Source: Candidatus Hermodarchaeota archaeon
GTDB taxonomy: Archaea > Asgardarchaeota > Hermodarchaeia > Hermodarchaeales > Hermodarchaeaceae
Reading direction: 5' to 3'
Length of the DNA stretch: 64,000 nt
Assembly: GCA_016839805.1 (NCBI GenBank)
Contig: JAEOTO010000015.1
Span: 32,001 to 96,000, forward strand
The number at the start of each line of letters is the position of its first letter. Position 1 is the first letter of the stretch. Shown one piece after another: positions 27,998 to 37,530 of this stretch. Below the pieces are notes generated by a model, which saw nothing but the letters and a program-made list of their open reading frames with translations, did not search any database and was not told the origin of the DNA. Both the position numbers and the translations under genes were made by a program.

Positions 27998-30592
27998 TTA
28001 ACCCGTACTATTTTTGTTAGATATTAATAATCGCCAACCTAAAATGGCCATGATAGTAATGGGGAGAAAAATCGCAGTGAATGCTAGCACTAAGAGGAAT
28101 GAGACATTAAAATTTAATCCTTGAGGAAATGGATCTTGGCTTGCTGCGCTTCCCGGAATAATAAACGGTATATCCCCATATCCATCTCCATTCAAATCCC
28201 ATCCAACATAATCCGACCAATAATTTCTTTGAAATACATTTGCCTCCCCTTCATCCCAACAATTTGTTATTCGGTTTTCTATGAAGATATTATTTACAAT
28301 TTGGTTGTTAGTACTACTATTGTATAGAAATAGTCCATACTCGTTATCAGCCAAGATATTGAAAAAAATCCTGGCAGAATTTTCGTTTTGAACTTGTATT
28401 CCCCGTCCAAAATTATTGACACAGAAGTTATCTGAAATGAAGTTTAAGCTTCCTTCTTGGAGATTGATACCGGAACTTAAATTTTGACTACAATTATTGT
28501 AATTGATATCTATATAATGGACCTGAACAAGGGAAATCCCGTGTCCATTATCAATGAGTAGATTATGTGACACTGCACATTCATTATTATCTTCCATATA
28601 TTCCAAGTAAATACCTACAGAATTATTCGAACACACATTAGAAGAGATATTCAACCACGATAGTTCAGCTCCCCAAATTCCAGAGTCAGAATTTCCTATG
28701 CAAACATTATCAGTAATAATACAGCTTCGTTCCCATAAAAGAGAAATCCCTACTTCATTAAATTCGCATGTATTGTTATACATGAAACCATCTTCGTTGC
28801 CATACATTTCTATTCCATTGTTTTCATTATTTGAACAGATGTTGTTGAGAATGGAGTATGCTCGTCCATTGTTACAATATATCCCCACCCGATTAAACTC
28901 GCAAAGATTATCGCTTATTGTGATGGTCTCAAAACTCGTTGCCCGTATTCCTATCCAATTATGAGTAAATCGATTTTCTGAAATCTCAATATATGCGCAC
29001 TGAGTGATACTAATACCATAATCGCAATTATCAAATTGATTCTGAATGATTTGACAGTGCCTAGAGCTTATCAGAGTTAAGCCTTCGCCATCCCGAGGGT
29101 CATGTTGCCTATATCTATTACAAGTTATTGTACAGGAATCAGAAAATTCCAATCGAGTACCACAAGAGTACCGATGATGTAGGTAAAAGAGGCTTTGCTG
29201 TACCCTGATGTTCGTTGAAAAACAAATCAGAACACTTGTTGTAAAGGCACTCATATATCGATTCTCTATTTGTATATTACTACAATTGAACAGAAAAATC
29301 TGTGCAGCATTTGCTGGAATAGCAGCGTTAGTTTGATTGACGCAAAAAATGATCGGTTGCCCATTAATTGTGTTCCCTTGAAAATTTGACTGATTAATGT
29401 TTGGAAGGAGATAGGAGAACTCAATTCCACAGTCAATCAATGAATTATTTACTAAAACAACATGTTCAATGGGGGCTGTTATGAATCTGAAATCAGCCTT
29501 TCCTGTGTTATTAATTATCTTGTTATGGAGTGAACTGGAATAGAGATCGATACAACGCCAGTTTGAAAAAAGGGTATTGTGTTGAATGAGATTCGAAGCT
29601 GCATGTTCTAATTCGATTGCTTCACGGCTTTGGCAGTTGTTATAGGTAATAGTATTGTTGTTTGAGTGCCAAAGCGATATTCCACAATGACCCTCATTGA
29701 TTGTGTTATTACTCAATTTGTTGTAGTGTGATAATGAAAGGCTGATTGGATAATTAGTGGAGAGAAAAGTATTGTTGGCGATTGTGTTGTTATGGGATGA
29801 ATAAATGTAGACTCCATGATAATACCCTTGAAACGTGTTGAATCGCATCAAGTTATTTTGACAGCTATCGTAAAATTGAATATCGTAATTGTTGTCTATG
29901 AATGTGTTGTTTTGTATGGTCGTCCAAGAGCAGCCACACATTAGAATTCCTGTATTATCGGACCAACAGGTATTATTTCTCAGAGTGGCATTGACGGTGT
30001 TGAAGAGATGAATTCCAAACATATAGGGGGCTTCAAAGAGATTACAATTCGCGATAATAAAGTGTGCCTGAGTATTGCGGATCTCGATACAATCGCTAAG
30101 GGTGCCCGAAGCATTAATGTTAAGATTTTCAATGCGATAAGGATCTTGAAAGGTGCCGGATCCGGGCCACCCTTGTGTGATAAAATCATCATCACCAAGG
30201 ATCCGAAACGGTTGATGATCGATGTTTGGACCAGGTAGAATAGGAATTGTTGTGTTTTTTTCTTGGAATTCTAATGAGTGTCCTGTTATGTAGCTAGTAT
30301 TTTGGTTTTTAATAGGGATTCGTGAAAGTTGGGTAGGTTGGTAAGAATAGTTCGTTTGATTTGGCAATTGTTTGGTAACAGATTCAATTTTTGTAGGGGT
30401 ATCATGAGAGAATGGATAGGTTAAAACTGAATTGAAGTGAAATACTTGTATGAATGGGATAACCAGGGGCCCCGTTAGTATTAATACAAGGAGGTAATTC
30501 CTCTGTTGAATGGTTCTTCTGGTTCTAAACAGTTGCTGATTCACTTTTTGCCCCTCAAAAGATGCATTCAATTTACATCTGGTGCCATCCAA
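27998..30592 (-). CDS. Surface right-handed beta-helix (NosD-like) repeat protein
   Basis: GSGT..DPY.IENL.I; many G[IL].L..S..N.I..N repeats; NYWSDY.G.D.NGDGYGD.P; C-terminal TM; start uncertain; AT-richer than neighbours. Confidence 0.85.
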   Translation of the reverse strand: MDGTRCKLNASFEGQKVNQQLFRTRRTIQQRNYLLVLILTGPLVIPFIQVFHFNSVLTYPFSHDTPTKIESVTKQLPNQTNYSYQPTQLSRIPIKNQNTSYITGHSLEFQEKNTTIPILPGPNIDHQPFRILGDDDFITQGWPGSGTFQDPYRIENLNINASGTLSDCIEIRNTQAHFIIANCNLFEAPYMFGIHLFNTVNATLRNNTCWSDNTGILMCGCSWTTIQNNTFIDNNYDIQFYDSCQNNLMRFNTFQGYYHGVYIYSSHNNTIANNTFLSTNYPISLSLSHYNKLSNNTINEGHCGISLWHSNNNTITYNNCQSREAIELEHAASNLIQHNTLFSNWRCIDLYSSSLHNKIINNTGKADFRFITAPIEHVVLVNNSLIDCGIEFSYLLPNINQSNFQGNTINGQPIIFCVNQTNAAIPANAAQIFLFNCSNIQIENRYMSAFTTSVLICFSTNIRVQQSLFYLHHRYSCGTRLEFSDSCTITCNRYRQHDPRDGEGLTLISSRHCQIIQNQFDNCDYGISITQCAYIEISENRFTHNWIGIRATSFETITISDNLCEFNRVGIYCNNGRAYSILNNICSNNENNGIEMYGNEDGFMYNNTCEFNEVGISLLWERSCIITDNVCIGNSDSGIWGAELSWLNISSNVCSNNSVGIYLEYMEDNNECAVSHNLLIDNGHGISLVQVHYIDINYNNCSQNLSSGINLQEGSLNFISDNFCVNNFGRGIQVQNENSARIFFNILADNEYGLFLYNSSTNNQIVNNIFIENRITNCWDEGEANVFQRNYWSDYVGWDLNGDGYGDIPFIIPGSAASQDPFPQGLNFNVSFLLVLAFTAIFLPITIMAILGWRLLISNKNSTG

Positions 30593-30732
30593 TCAGTCGT
30601 AAATCGTCTTTATGAGATAAAAATTAGCAGGGTACACGTAAACACGGAGAAGATTGCTTCTAGTAATGTATAAAGATTTATTTAGGCAAGTCAAGTGACT
30701 TCTATCTATCATCATCTTTGGTGACAGATATT

Positions 30733-30909
30733 ATGAGTATTCATTGTCATGAAATGAAAAAGGGACAAATCTTCACTTGTGAAGACTGTGGGCTTGAACT
30801 GCAAGTAGTGACTGAATGTACCGAATGTGAGACGCCGGAAGGCACCTGTGGCTGCGAGGCCCCTTGCACCTTCGAATGCTGTGGAAAAGATCTCACTCTC
30901 AAGAAGTAA
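30733..30909 (+). CDS. Small Cys-rich desulforedoxin-like metalloprotein
   Basis: 58 aa, 10 Cys; GQIFTCEDCG...CCG frame. Confidence 0.7.
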   Translation: MSIHCHEMKKGQIFTCEDCGLELQVVTECTECETPEGTCGCEAPCTFECCGKDLTLKK

Positions 30910-30943
30910 TCGATGTTTCTTCTAAAATGGTTCAATAAGGGAC

Positions 30944-31294
30944 TTAGGGTTTTATGTAAACCCATCCCTCTGCCTGTTTTTTTACCAGTTCACCGACACC
31001 TGAGGTCACGAACTCAACTGTATCCAACAAGAAATCTCGTCCTAGATTATTAGCGGCTAGCGAATTCTCACAAATCGCAAACACAACTCCACAGTTCACC
31101 AGCTTCTTGATTCTATTAGGGACTGGGCAGGTCTCAGTCACAAAGAGTTTCACACCTGCACCATTCACAACAAGTTCTACAGAGACCTCTCCCTCTCCAA
31201 GATCTGTGAGTAGATTCTCAATGTTGCTTAGCGCTAGTTTTAGGCGAAAGTTACTGCCTTCATCCAAATGAAACAGAACTCGATATTTTGTCAT
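30944..31294 (-). CDS. DsrE-family protein
   Basis: VLFH.D, ELVVNG.GV, AICENSL, SGVGEL...Q..GW.YIKP motifs; ATG at 31294. Confidence 0.85.
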   Translation of the reverse strand: MTKYRVLFHLDEGSNFRLKLALSNIENLLTDLGEGEVSVELVVNGAGVKLFVTETCPVPNRIKKLVNCGVVFAICENSLAANNLGRDFLLDTVEFVTSGVGELVKKQAEGWVYIKP

Positions 31295-31424
31295 TAGAAT
31301 CCATCTCAGACGTTTTTTATTGCCTTGTGTTGTTAATTGGGTTATTTGTCTTTCTAAAACAAAAATACTTGAGAACAGTAAAGCTAAGGGCATCTTCCTG
31401 CACTAATACTGGAATGGTGATTTA

Positions 31425-31907
31425 GTGGCTGTCGGTCGATTTCAAGTCATGGCGGTTCTCCAAGCTGCACGGGCACATATCCTCGGCTTAGAAATGTCCA
31501 CTGCAAAAAGTTGGGGGCTAAATCGGGCGATTTTCTATGCAGCGGCAAAACGTGGCTTCAAAGGAGCCAAACCGTACAAACGCTCACGAAGTGAGGTGAA
31601 AGAAACACCTGTCGCTGATACGCCAGAAGCCTTTCATTTAGGGAGTGAAATGGCCTTCAAAGCATCCACTGATGAAGGTCCCATGTTTTTTATGATGGGT
31701 GGAAAAGTCCAAACCGAAGAAGAATTCGAAAGACAAATCGCAACCCGATTTGCTGGAACATTTGATCAAGCATGGAGTGATGCCATTGAATATGTACAAG
31801 GCTTTGACAAGTCAACATTATTGTCGCAAAGTGGCTTTTTCAATCAAGTCTACAAACCTCGTCGAGATGAGCTAGCTACAAAATGGTCTCAACTTGTGAA
31901 AGAATGA
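31425..31907 (+). CDS. Conserved hypothetical archaeal protein
   Basis: GRFQVMA.LQAARA...AKSWGLNRAIFYAAAKRG block looks conserved; function unknown. Confidence 0.7.
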   Translation: MAVGRFQVMAVLQAARAHILGLEMSTAKSWGLNRAIFYAAAKRGFKGAKPYKRSRSEVKETPVADTPEAFHLGSEMAFKASTDEGPMFFMMGGKVQTEEEFERQIATRFAGTFDQAWSDAIEYVQGFDKSTLLSQSGFFNQVYKPRRDELATKWSQLVKE

Positions 31908-31948
31908 AAAAAGAAGGATGGAGTGACGTTTTCTACAAGAACGTCACT
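31907..31948 (-). terminator. Hairpin + U-tract terminator-like element
   Basis: AGTGACGTT (31922-30)/AACGTCACT (31940-48); minus-strand RNA continues CCAUCCUUCUUUUUU. Confidence 0.6.
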
Positions 31949-31950
31949 AT

Positions 31951-32457
31951 TTAATGACCTACAATGCCTTTGAACAACAACGTTAAACCACTGAGAATCG
32001 TTGCACCTGCAATGAACCACATCGTGTAAACGGGAAGAGCGAAGACAAGGGCTGCGATAATGAGTTGAACTAACCCAAGGAGAACCCCCAACCATTTGAA
32101 GGCGCCTCGAGGGCCACCGGCAAGCATCCAGAGAATCCAACTGAATCCTTCTAAGATGAGGGCACCGGCAAGCAGCCAGCCATTATAGGTGAGATAGAAG
32201 AATGGTGTCATGGCGGCTAATGCTATCAAGGTAATGCTGAAGATTACAGCAAGTCCTCGTAGCCAGCCGGGTGCGTCTTTGTGACCAATGGCACGGATAA
32301 GCCAGAGAAATCCGAAGAGTGCAATGGCTCCGGTAAAGAGAAGGTATTGTAGGTATTGATCAGCTAGGATGAATGTGGCTCCTGCGAGAATTATCCCGAT
32401 GAGGGCAAAGAGTATCTCGAGACCACGCATCCATCCGGGAGTTTTTTCTTCGGCCAT
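31951..32457 (-). CDS. HdeD/DUF308-like membrane protein
   Basis: Three repeated two-TM units (PGW.RGL / FKWLG). Confidence 0.7.
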   Translation of the reverse strand: MAEEKTPGWMRGLEILFALIGIILAGATFILADQYLQYLLFTGAIALFGFLWLIRAIGHKDAPGWLRGLAVIFSITLIALAAMTPFFYLTYNGWLLAGALILEGFSWILWMLAGGPRGAFKWLGVLLGLVQLIIAALVFALPVYTMWFIAGATILSGLTLLFKGIVGH

Positions 32458-32697
32458 TATTGTTGACCTCGACGCGAAGTCACAATCTTTTCCTTAAAAA
32501 ATTATCTATTGGTATCAACGTTTAATTTAGTCAATTTTCGAAGTATAGCACTCTCCTTCGAAAAACCCAGATACTTAAACTTTCAAACTAAAATTATAAA
32601 TAAAAAATTAATAATACTTGACAAATAAATGGCGAAATTACAACAAAAAGACATTAAGTATCCGATAGTACTCGTCAATAATTGGAGGTAATAACAA

Positions 32698-33891
32698 TTG
32701 CGCCGACGCTGGCTTGCTCTCATCCTAATTAGCATCATAATTATCTCTGGGATAGGTGTTATTATTTTTTGGAATTGGTTCAAACGCTCTACGCCACTTC
32801 AACATGAAATGGTTTGTCAACTCACCGGTGAAGGGGCTCTTAATGACACAACTGTTGTGAATGTCTATGGTGCTGATTTAGGTCTAATGATTGAGTATCA
32901 AACCCGACTTCACTTCATTTTTGGCGATACTTTTGGTCCTGACAAATGGGACTGGCGATCAAATACTATGGCTTACACGGATGACTCAGATCCCTCTGAT
33001 GGAATTCTGTTAACAGGATGGATTACAGATACGGCCACACATCTGGCGAAAGAATTAATTCATAGCCAGAAAATTGACGAGGTGGAAAAGACGGTGATCC
33101 CCACTGCAGCTTACAGCCATGATAGTTGTCTGTATATCTTTTACATGTCTGTTATTCAGTGGGGTGATGCAGGCGATTGGACTTGTAATAATGCCAGCAT
33201 TGCTTACTCCTTTGATGGCCACACCTTCATTGAAGCAACAAATATGTCCTGGCCTGGCTCTTCCCACTTCATTGAATGGGGCTATATCAAAGGGGATGCC
33301 ACAGCACCTTCCACAGGAGGATACCTCTACTTTCTCACAACCGGCAGTGGTCGATATCACGACTGTTACCTAGCGCGGGTCTTAGAAAACCAGATTTTGA
33401 ATCAAAGTGGCTACCAATACTGTGCAGGGTTGGACTCCAGCGATTTACCTATCTGGTCTTCAAATCATGCTGATGCACAACCTGTTATCGAAGCACCAAC
33501 CGGTGAAGTATCGGTGATGTGGAATTCATATCTTGAGAGGTACATGATGATGAATCTCGACGAGGTTGCAAAGAAGATCGTTATTCGGATGGCCCAAATG
33601 CCCTGGGGACCTTGGAGTCAACCCCATACGGTGATTACCCGCCCCGAATATATCGGGTTTTATGCACCAAATATTGATCCACTAATGGTTGAGGATAATG
33701 GGCGAATTGTGTATTTTTCCATGAGTCTCTGGGCTGAGTATAATGTGTATCTCATGAGGGTTGACTTGACAAGTCTATGGGGAATATATCATCCGAGTTG
33801 CACCATGTTTCTCAATTCCTCTGTGTATTGGGTTAGAGAAATTCACATAAACCTGATGGGCAACCTAAAGGTTGTGATGCGAGATGAATAA
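32698..33891 (+). CDS. DUF4185 family membrane-anchored protein (beta-propeller glycosidase-like)
   Basis: N-terminal TM; GADLG, FGDTFG, WRSN, IPT, GE.SV and PWGPWS motifs; GGAGG before TTG. Confidence 0.8.
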   Translation: MRRRWLALILISIIIISGIGVIIFWNWFKRSTPLQHEMVCQLTGEGALNDTTVVNVYGADLGLMIEYQTRLHFIFGDTFGPDKWDWRSNTMAYTDDSDPSDGILLTGWITDTATHLAKELIHSQKIDEVEKTVIPTAAYSHDSCLYIFYMSVIQWGDAGDWTCNNASIAYSFDGHTFIEATNMSWPGSSHFIEWGYIKGDATAPSTGGYLYFLTTGSGRYHDCYLARVLENQILNQSGYQYCAGLDSSDLPIWSSNHADAQPVIEAPTGEVSVMWNSYLERYMMMNLDEVAKKIVIRMAQMPWGPWSQPHTVITRPEYIGFYAPNIDPLMVEDNGRIVYFSMSLWAEYNVYLMRVDLTSLWGIYHPSCTMFLNSSVYWVREIHINLMGNLKVVMRDE

Positions 33892-34050
33892 CGTGTATGA
33901 TATTATTATCATTGGGGGGTGAACCTGCAGGGCTTTCTATGGCTATTTATTCAGCGCTTATGGCAATGAAGACTCTCATTTTAGAAGGGCAATGGTTCGG
34001 CGGGCGGGCTGCTACCGTTCCTGATGTATGAAACTATTAGGGGGTAATGG
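33884..34050 (+). pseudogene. trxB: Degenerate thioredoxin-reductase N-terminal fragment
   Basis: MNNVYDIIIIGG, a one-base shift in the G6 run (33914-19), then EPAGLSMAIYSALMAMKTLILEGQWFGGRAATVPDV*NY*G, matching the TrxB FAD-binding start; two stops. Confidence 0.75.
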
Positions 34051-34184
34051 CGGGAACCAATGCATACTGATATGTGAAGAAACGGAAATCTAACTAGTTA
34101 ATATTAAGAATTTAGTAGATTCTGAAATCTAATCTCCATGTGATACGCTTAGGAGACACACAATTTCAGTAACTTTGAGTTGGT

Positions 34185-35537
34185 CTAATTTGTGGGAATG
34201 GATAATTTAGTCCAGTCAACGAAATCTTCGCGTTTACGGTCAATGCGCGTACTTAACCAGGTAATAAGGTCATGAACAGTTTTGATAGCAGCAGGGTGCA
34301 TCATCATGAAAACATCCACACCTGCTAAGAGGAACATCAGTGCTGTTGTACTCTCCCAAATAGGTCCTCGAAGCTCTCGGGGTCCCAATTCAGGTCGTTT
34401 CATCCAGGCTTCCCGGGCTGCCCAGGCATTTGTTGTGCCACTACTTAACGGAAATTGAAGTTCTGAATCCCCTAATAATCCCGCTAATCGCATGCGTTCC
34501 ATGATGGTGAAACTATACTCCGCACCATAGCCCAGAGCTGCCGTTGTCGGATCGATGATAATTTGATCCGGGGTGATGTAATCGAGGAGTCGACGATTGA
34601 GTTCCTTTTGCTGGTTGATATCAATGCTAGTCCAAGAGAGTACAAGTTGATTATGGGCCTTAGCTGCTTTGGCCACAGGTTCCCACATATCGACGGTAGC
34701 TGACGCAAGCAGGACACGTTCGCCTTCAGCGACTTCAGCAGCCTTAGCGAGTATTTCGGCATCCTTCGTTGGATCGCCGGAACCCCCGACGATGATTGGT
34801 ACCTTTACTGCCTGTAATACCTTTTCAAAACCTTTCATTGCCTCTTTTACGCTTGTATCCTCGAGGAGGGGATCGGTGCTAATCATGTGATAAGTGATGA
34901 AGTCTGCATCGAATTTGTCGATGACGAGTCGTGCCCAGTCGACAGGATCATCCATGACATCATCGTAATGGACACGAACAGCTTTGGCGAGTTTAATCCG
35001 CATGTCAAAGACGTCAGCAGCGACAACAGGTAGATGCTTTGGTGAAGACTGAAAGAGATTCCAGGCAGGAGTCTTATGGCCACCCACTGTGATCGTTTTA
35101 CTTCGCGATCCGCCTTCGGCTTTTGTAGCACCAAGAGTGATTTCACGGATTTGACCGGAATACTCTGTTAGTGGTGCCTTGAAACGGGCTTTAAGTAACT
35201 TATCAGGGCGAACAGCTGTCGGAATCCCTGGGATGGACACAGATGATTGCCCAGTGGACATTTGTACATTGTATCCCAAGGCTGCGAGCATTTGCTGGGC
35301 AAATTGTTGCATGGCAAAAGCGTTTTGCGCGAGGAATTGGTGAGCTGGTCCAGCTATACCCCCAACACCTCCTGGGGGAACAGTAACTTCGAGTTCATCG
35401 ACATCAATGGTTATCTCTTCCAGTTCCAATTCTTGGAACTTGCCAAATATGGCTTCCAGGGGACCTAGAATACCTAGTGCGGGATCATCTCCGGACAGCA
35501 CGAGCTCGTTTTTCTCTTTCTTCTTTTTTGGCGACAT
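34185..35537 (-). CDS. cdhD: CODH/ACS complex delta subunit (corrinoid Fe-S protein small subunit)
   Basis: TLGATK..GG.R, DVFD, STDP, IIVGGSG, DPTTAALGYG.EY and NAWAAREAW motifs. Confidence 0.93.
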   Translation of the reverse strand: MSPKKKKEKNELVLSGDDPALGILGPLEAIFGKFQELELEEITIDVDELEVTVPPGGVGGIAGPAHQFLAQNAFAMQQFAQQMLAALGYNVQMSTGQSSVSIPGIPTAVRPDKLLKARFKAPLTEYSGQIREITLGATKAEGGSRSKTITVGGHKTPAWNLFQSSPKHLPVVAADVFDMRIKLAKAVRVHYDDVMDDPVDWARLVIDKFDADFITYHMISTDPLLEDTSVKEAMKGFEKVLQAVKVPIIVGGSGDPTKDAEILAKAAEVAEGERVLLASATVDMWEPVAKAAKAHNQLVLSWTSIDINQQKELNRRLLDYITPDQIIIDPTTAALGYGAEYSFTIMERMRLAGLLGDSELQFPLSSGTTNAWAAREAWMKRPELGPRELRGPIWESTTALMFLLAGVDVFMMMHPAAIKTVHDLITWLSTRIDRKREDFVDWTKLSIPTN

Positions 35538-35552
35538 GATTCATCGCCTCGC

Positions 35553-36983
35553 CTACTTCTTCGCCTTTTCATCCAGGCGTTTTATTATGACCTTTTCAGC
35601 GTAGATTTTTGCATTCTTGAAGATAATCTGGAATCCTGGACTACCACCAGCCGCAGGCACAGTGGTCATCATTTGACCTGGCATCATGAAAGGTTGACTA
35701 GCTTGTGTCGTTGGAGCTGCTTCTTCAACGCGTTCTTCTTCCTCAAGGCGAGCCGCTGCACCAGTTTCAGTCCAGCGCTCAACGACTGGGTGATTATGGT
35801 CTTGTAGGTATCGTTTTAATTCATCGATATCAGAAACATCGTTTTCTGTAGGAATGATATCTCTCAGATTATCAGGCATGAAGTCATAGATTCTGTCTTT
35901 GATAGCTTTGGGCAACCAGACAACTCTTTCCCACCCTCCATCAACTTGAAGGAATTTGGGTGATCGCATATATTCTATCGAAACCCCATGAAAACCAGGA
36001 ATCTGGCGACCACCAGCTGTCGAATCAGCCATCGTTGAAAATGGCAAGCCATTTACAGAAGGACCCTTGTAATCACGGTGAACTAAACCAAGACCATCAA
36101 CTTCTGGGATGATAAAAGCAATTGCTTCGAAACAACCACAACTAGTATGTGGTTTATCAAAAGCACTATACAAACATACCTCAGTAACCGCACCCAAGGT
36201 TTTTTCCTTGTAGGCTTGATTAACCCCCTTGTATTCGCCTTTGAACTCATCAATGACATCACCTTTCTCTATGGAAAATAAAGGTCCCTTCGGATCAACA
36301 CGTGCAGCCGCACGACCATCGAACCACGAAATCGCACCACAATTTGCATAGCGCTGTGCAGTAATGGTACAACAATGGGTTGGGGCAAAACTTTGGCAGA
36401 GTGTGCAACCATAAAAGACATCAACCTCTTCGTCTTTTAGACCACGAGCGCGAGCGTCACGTTCATCATACCGTTTTATTGCAGCATCGAATTGTTCAGC
36501 GATTTTATCAGGATCAGTAAAGAAGGTGATTTGGATTTTCTCGATAATAGGTAGTTCACTCTTGTAAAGGCGTTCGTAAACTTGACCAAATACCTTAAAG
36601 GAATTGAGTCCTTTTTGGAATGATTTCTTGCTAATGCGAATCCAAATGTCGTATCTTTGGTTTAGGTGCATAACCCCTTCCATGAAGTTGGTATATTCGT
36701 GGACGTGGCGTTCGAGGACGCCCTCCAGGTCTTCTTCGACTTCTTTACCTGCAACTTCTATCAAGATTCCAAGCGGATGGTAACCTCCTTCGTCCAAATC
36801 TTTGAGATCAGGACCAACGACAGTAATTTTACCATCTTCGACTTCTGCAGCTTTCTTGGCGAGAACGAGTTCGAATTTCTTTTCGATTTTTGGTCCGCCG
36901 AGTTCGACTTGCATATCGCCCTTGCGAATGCGTTCACCCTCATAGATTACACCTACTTCCATTGGGAGATCTTCGAATGACAT
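35553..36983 (-). CDS. cdhC: CODH/ACS complex beta subunit (acetyl-CoA synthase)
   Basis: YEGERIRK, FYGCTLCQSFAPTH.C and PHTSCGCFE motifs; ATG at 36983 (ORF extends to 37001). Confidence 0.95.
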   Translation of the reverse strand: MSFEDLPMEVGVIYEGERIRKGDMQVELGGPKIEKKFELVLAKKAAEVEDGKITVVGPDLKDLDEGGYHPLGILIEVAGKEVEEDLEGVLERHVHEYTNFMEGVMHLNQRYDIWIRISKKSFQKGLNSFKVFGQVYERLYKSELPIIEKIQITFFTDPDKIAEQFDAAIKRYDERDARARGLKDEEVDVFYGCTLCQSFAPTHCCTITAQRYANCGAISWFDGRAAARVDPKGPLFSIEKGDVIDEFKGEYKGVNQAYKEKTLGAVTEVCLYSAFDKPHTSCGCFEAIAFIIPEVDGLGLVHRDYKGPSVNGLPFSTMADSTAGGRQIPGFHGVSIEYMRSPKFLQVDGGWERVVWLPKAIKDRIYDFMPDNLRDIIPTENDVSDIDELKRYLQDHNHPVVERWTETGAAARLEEEERVEEAAPTTQASQPFMMPGQMMTTVPAAGGSPGFQIIFKNAKIYAEKVIIKRLDEKAKK

Positions 36984-36984
36984 T

Positions 36985-37530
36985 CTATTTCTTACCTCCA
37001 TTTTTAGTGAGGATTTCTTTTAGTGCATCATTCCATTTTTGTTTCTTTAAATTCGGGAAGGACCACGACGCATGGGGTTGGAAATACCGACCTAAACTGA
37101 CAGTTTTCATTTCAGTGGAGAAGTTGACTAGGGCGGAGAGCATTAGCCACTCCATATAATAGGGGAAACCAAAGGTCATGACAAGGTCATGCGGGCCCTT
37201 CTTCGGTGCCACCATCCATTCAGGGTCAGTCAGTAGATATGTGATTTCCATAGCGTTGTGGGAGTATACGTTTTTGAATCCTTTTTCCTTGAAGGCTTTA
37301 ATGGTTTGAGCGGTTGCGACAATGGGGATGTTCCAATTCTCGGAAAATTCGATGAAGTAGTCAATCATCGACTTTTTCCGAGTTTGCTCTGTTAGGCTGT
37401 TGGCACCCACAACAAGAAGAGGATGTTTTGCTTTCTTGAGAAGTGCCTTGACCACGACGGGTTTTTCGAGTGATTGGGCTTTCTTTGGACCACAGACTTC
37501 AGCAGTCTGCCAGGGTTCAGCACGCATCAT
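36985..37530 (-). CDS. cdhB: CODH/ACS complex epsilon subunit
   Basis: PWQ.A...GP, KAK.PLL.VG, L.DP.W, G..YY and A.WSFPN motifs. Confidence 0.9.
   Translation of the reverse strand: MMRAEPWQTAEVCGPKKAQSLEKPVVVKALLKKAKHPLLVVGANSLTEQTRKKSMIDYFIEFSENWNIPIVATAQTIKAFKEKGFKNVYSHNAMEITYLLTDPEWMVAPKKGPHDLVMTFGFPYYMEWLMLSALVNFSTEMKTVSLGRYFQPHASWSFPNLKKQKWNDALKEILTKNGGKK

Noticed and set aside
32618-32690. Bacterial-type TTGACA -35 element
   Set aside because: No proper -10 box at 17 bp, and the AT-rich context makes a chance match likely.
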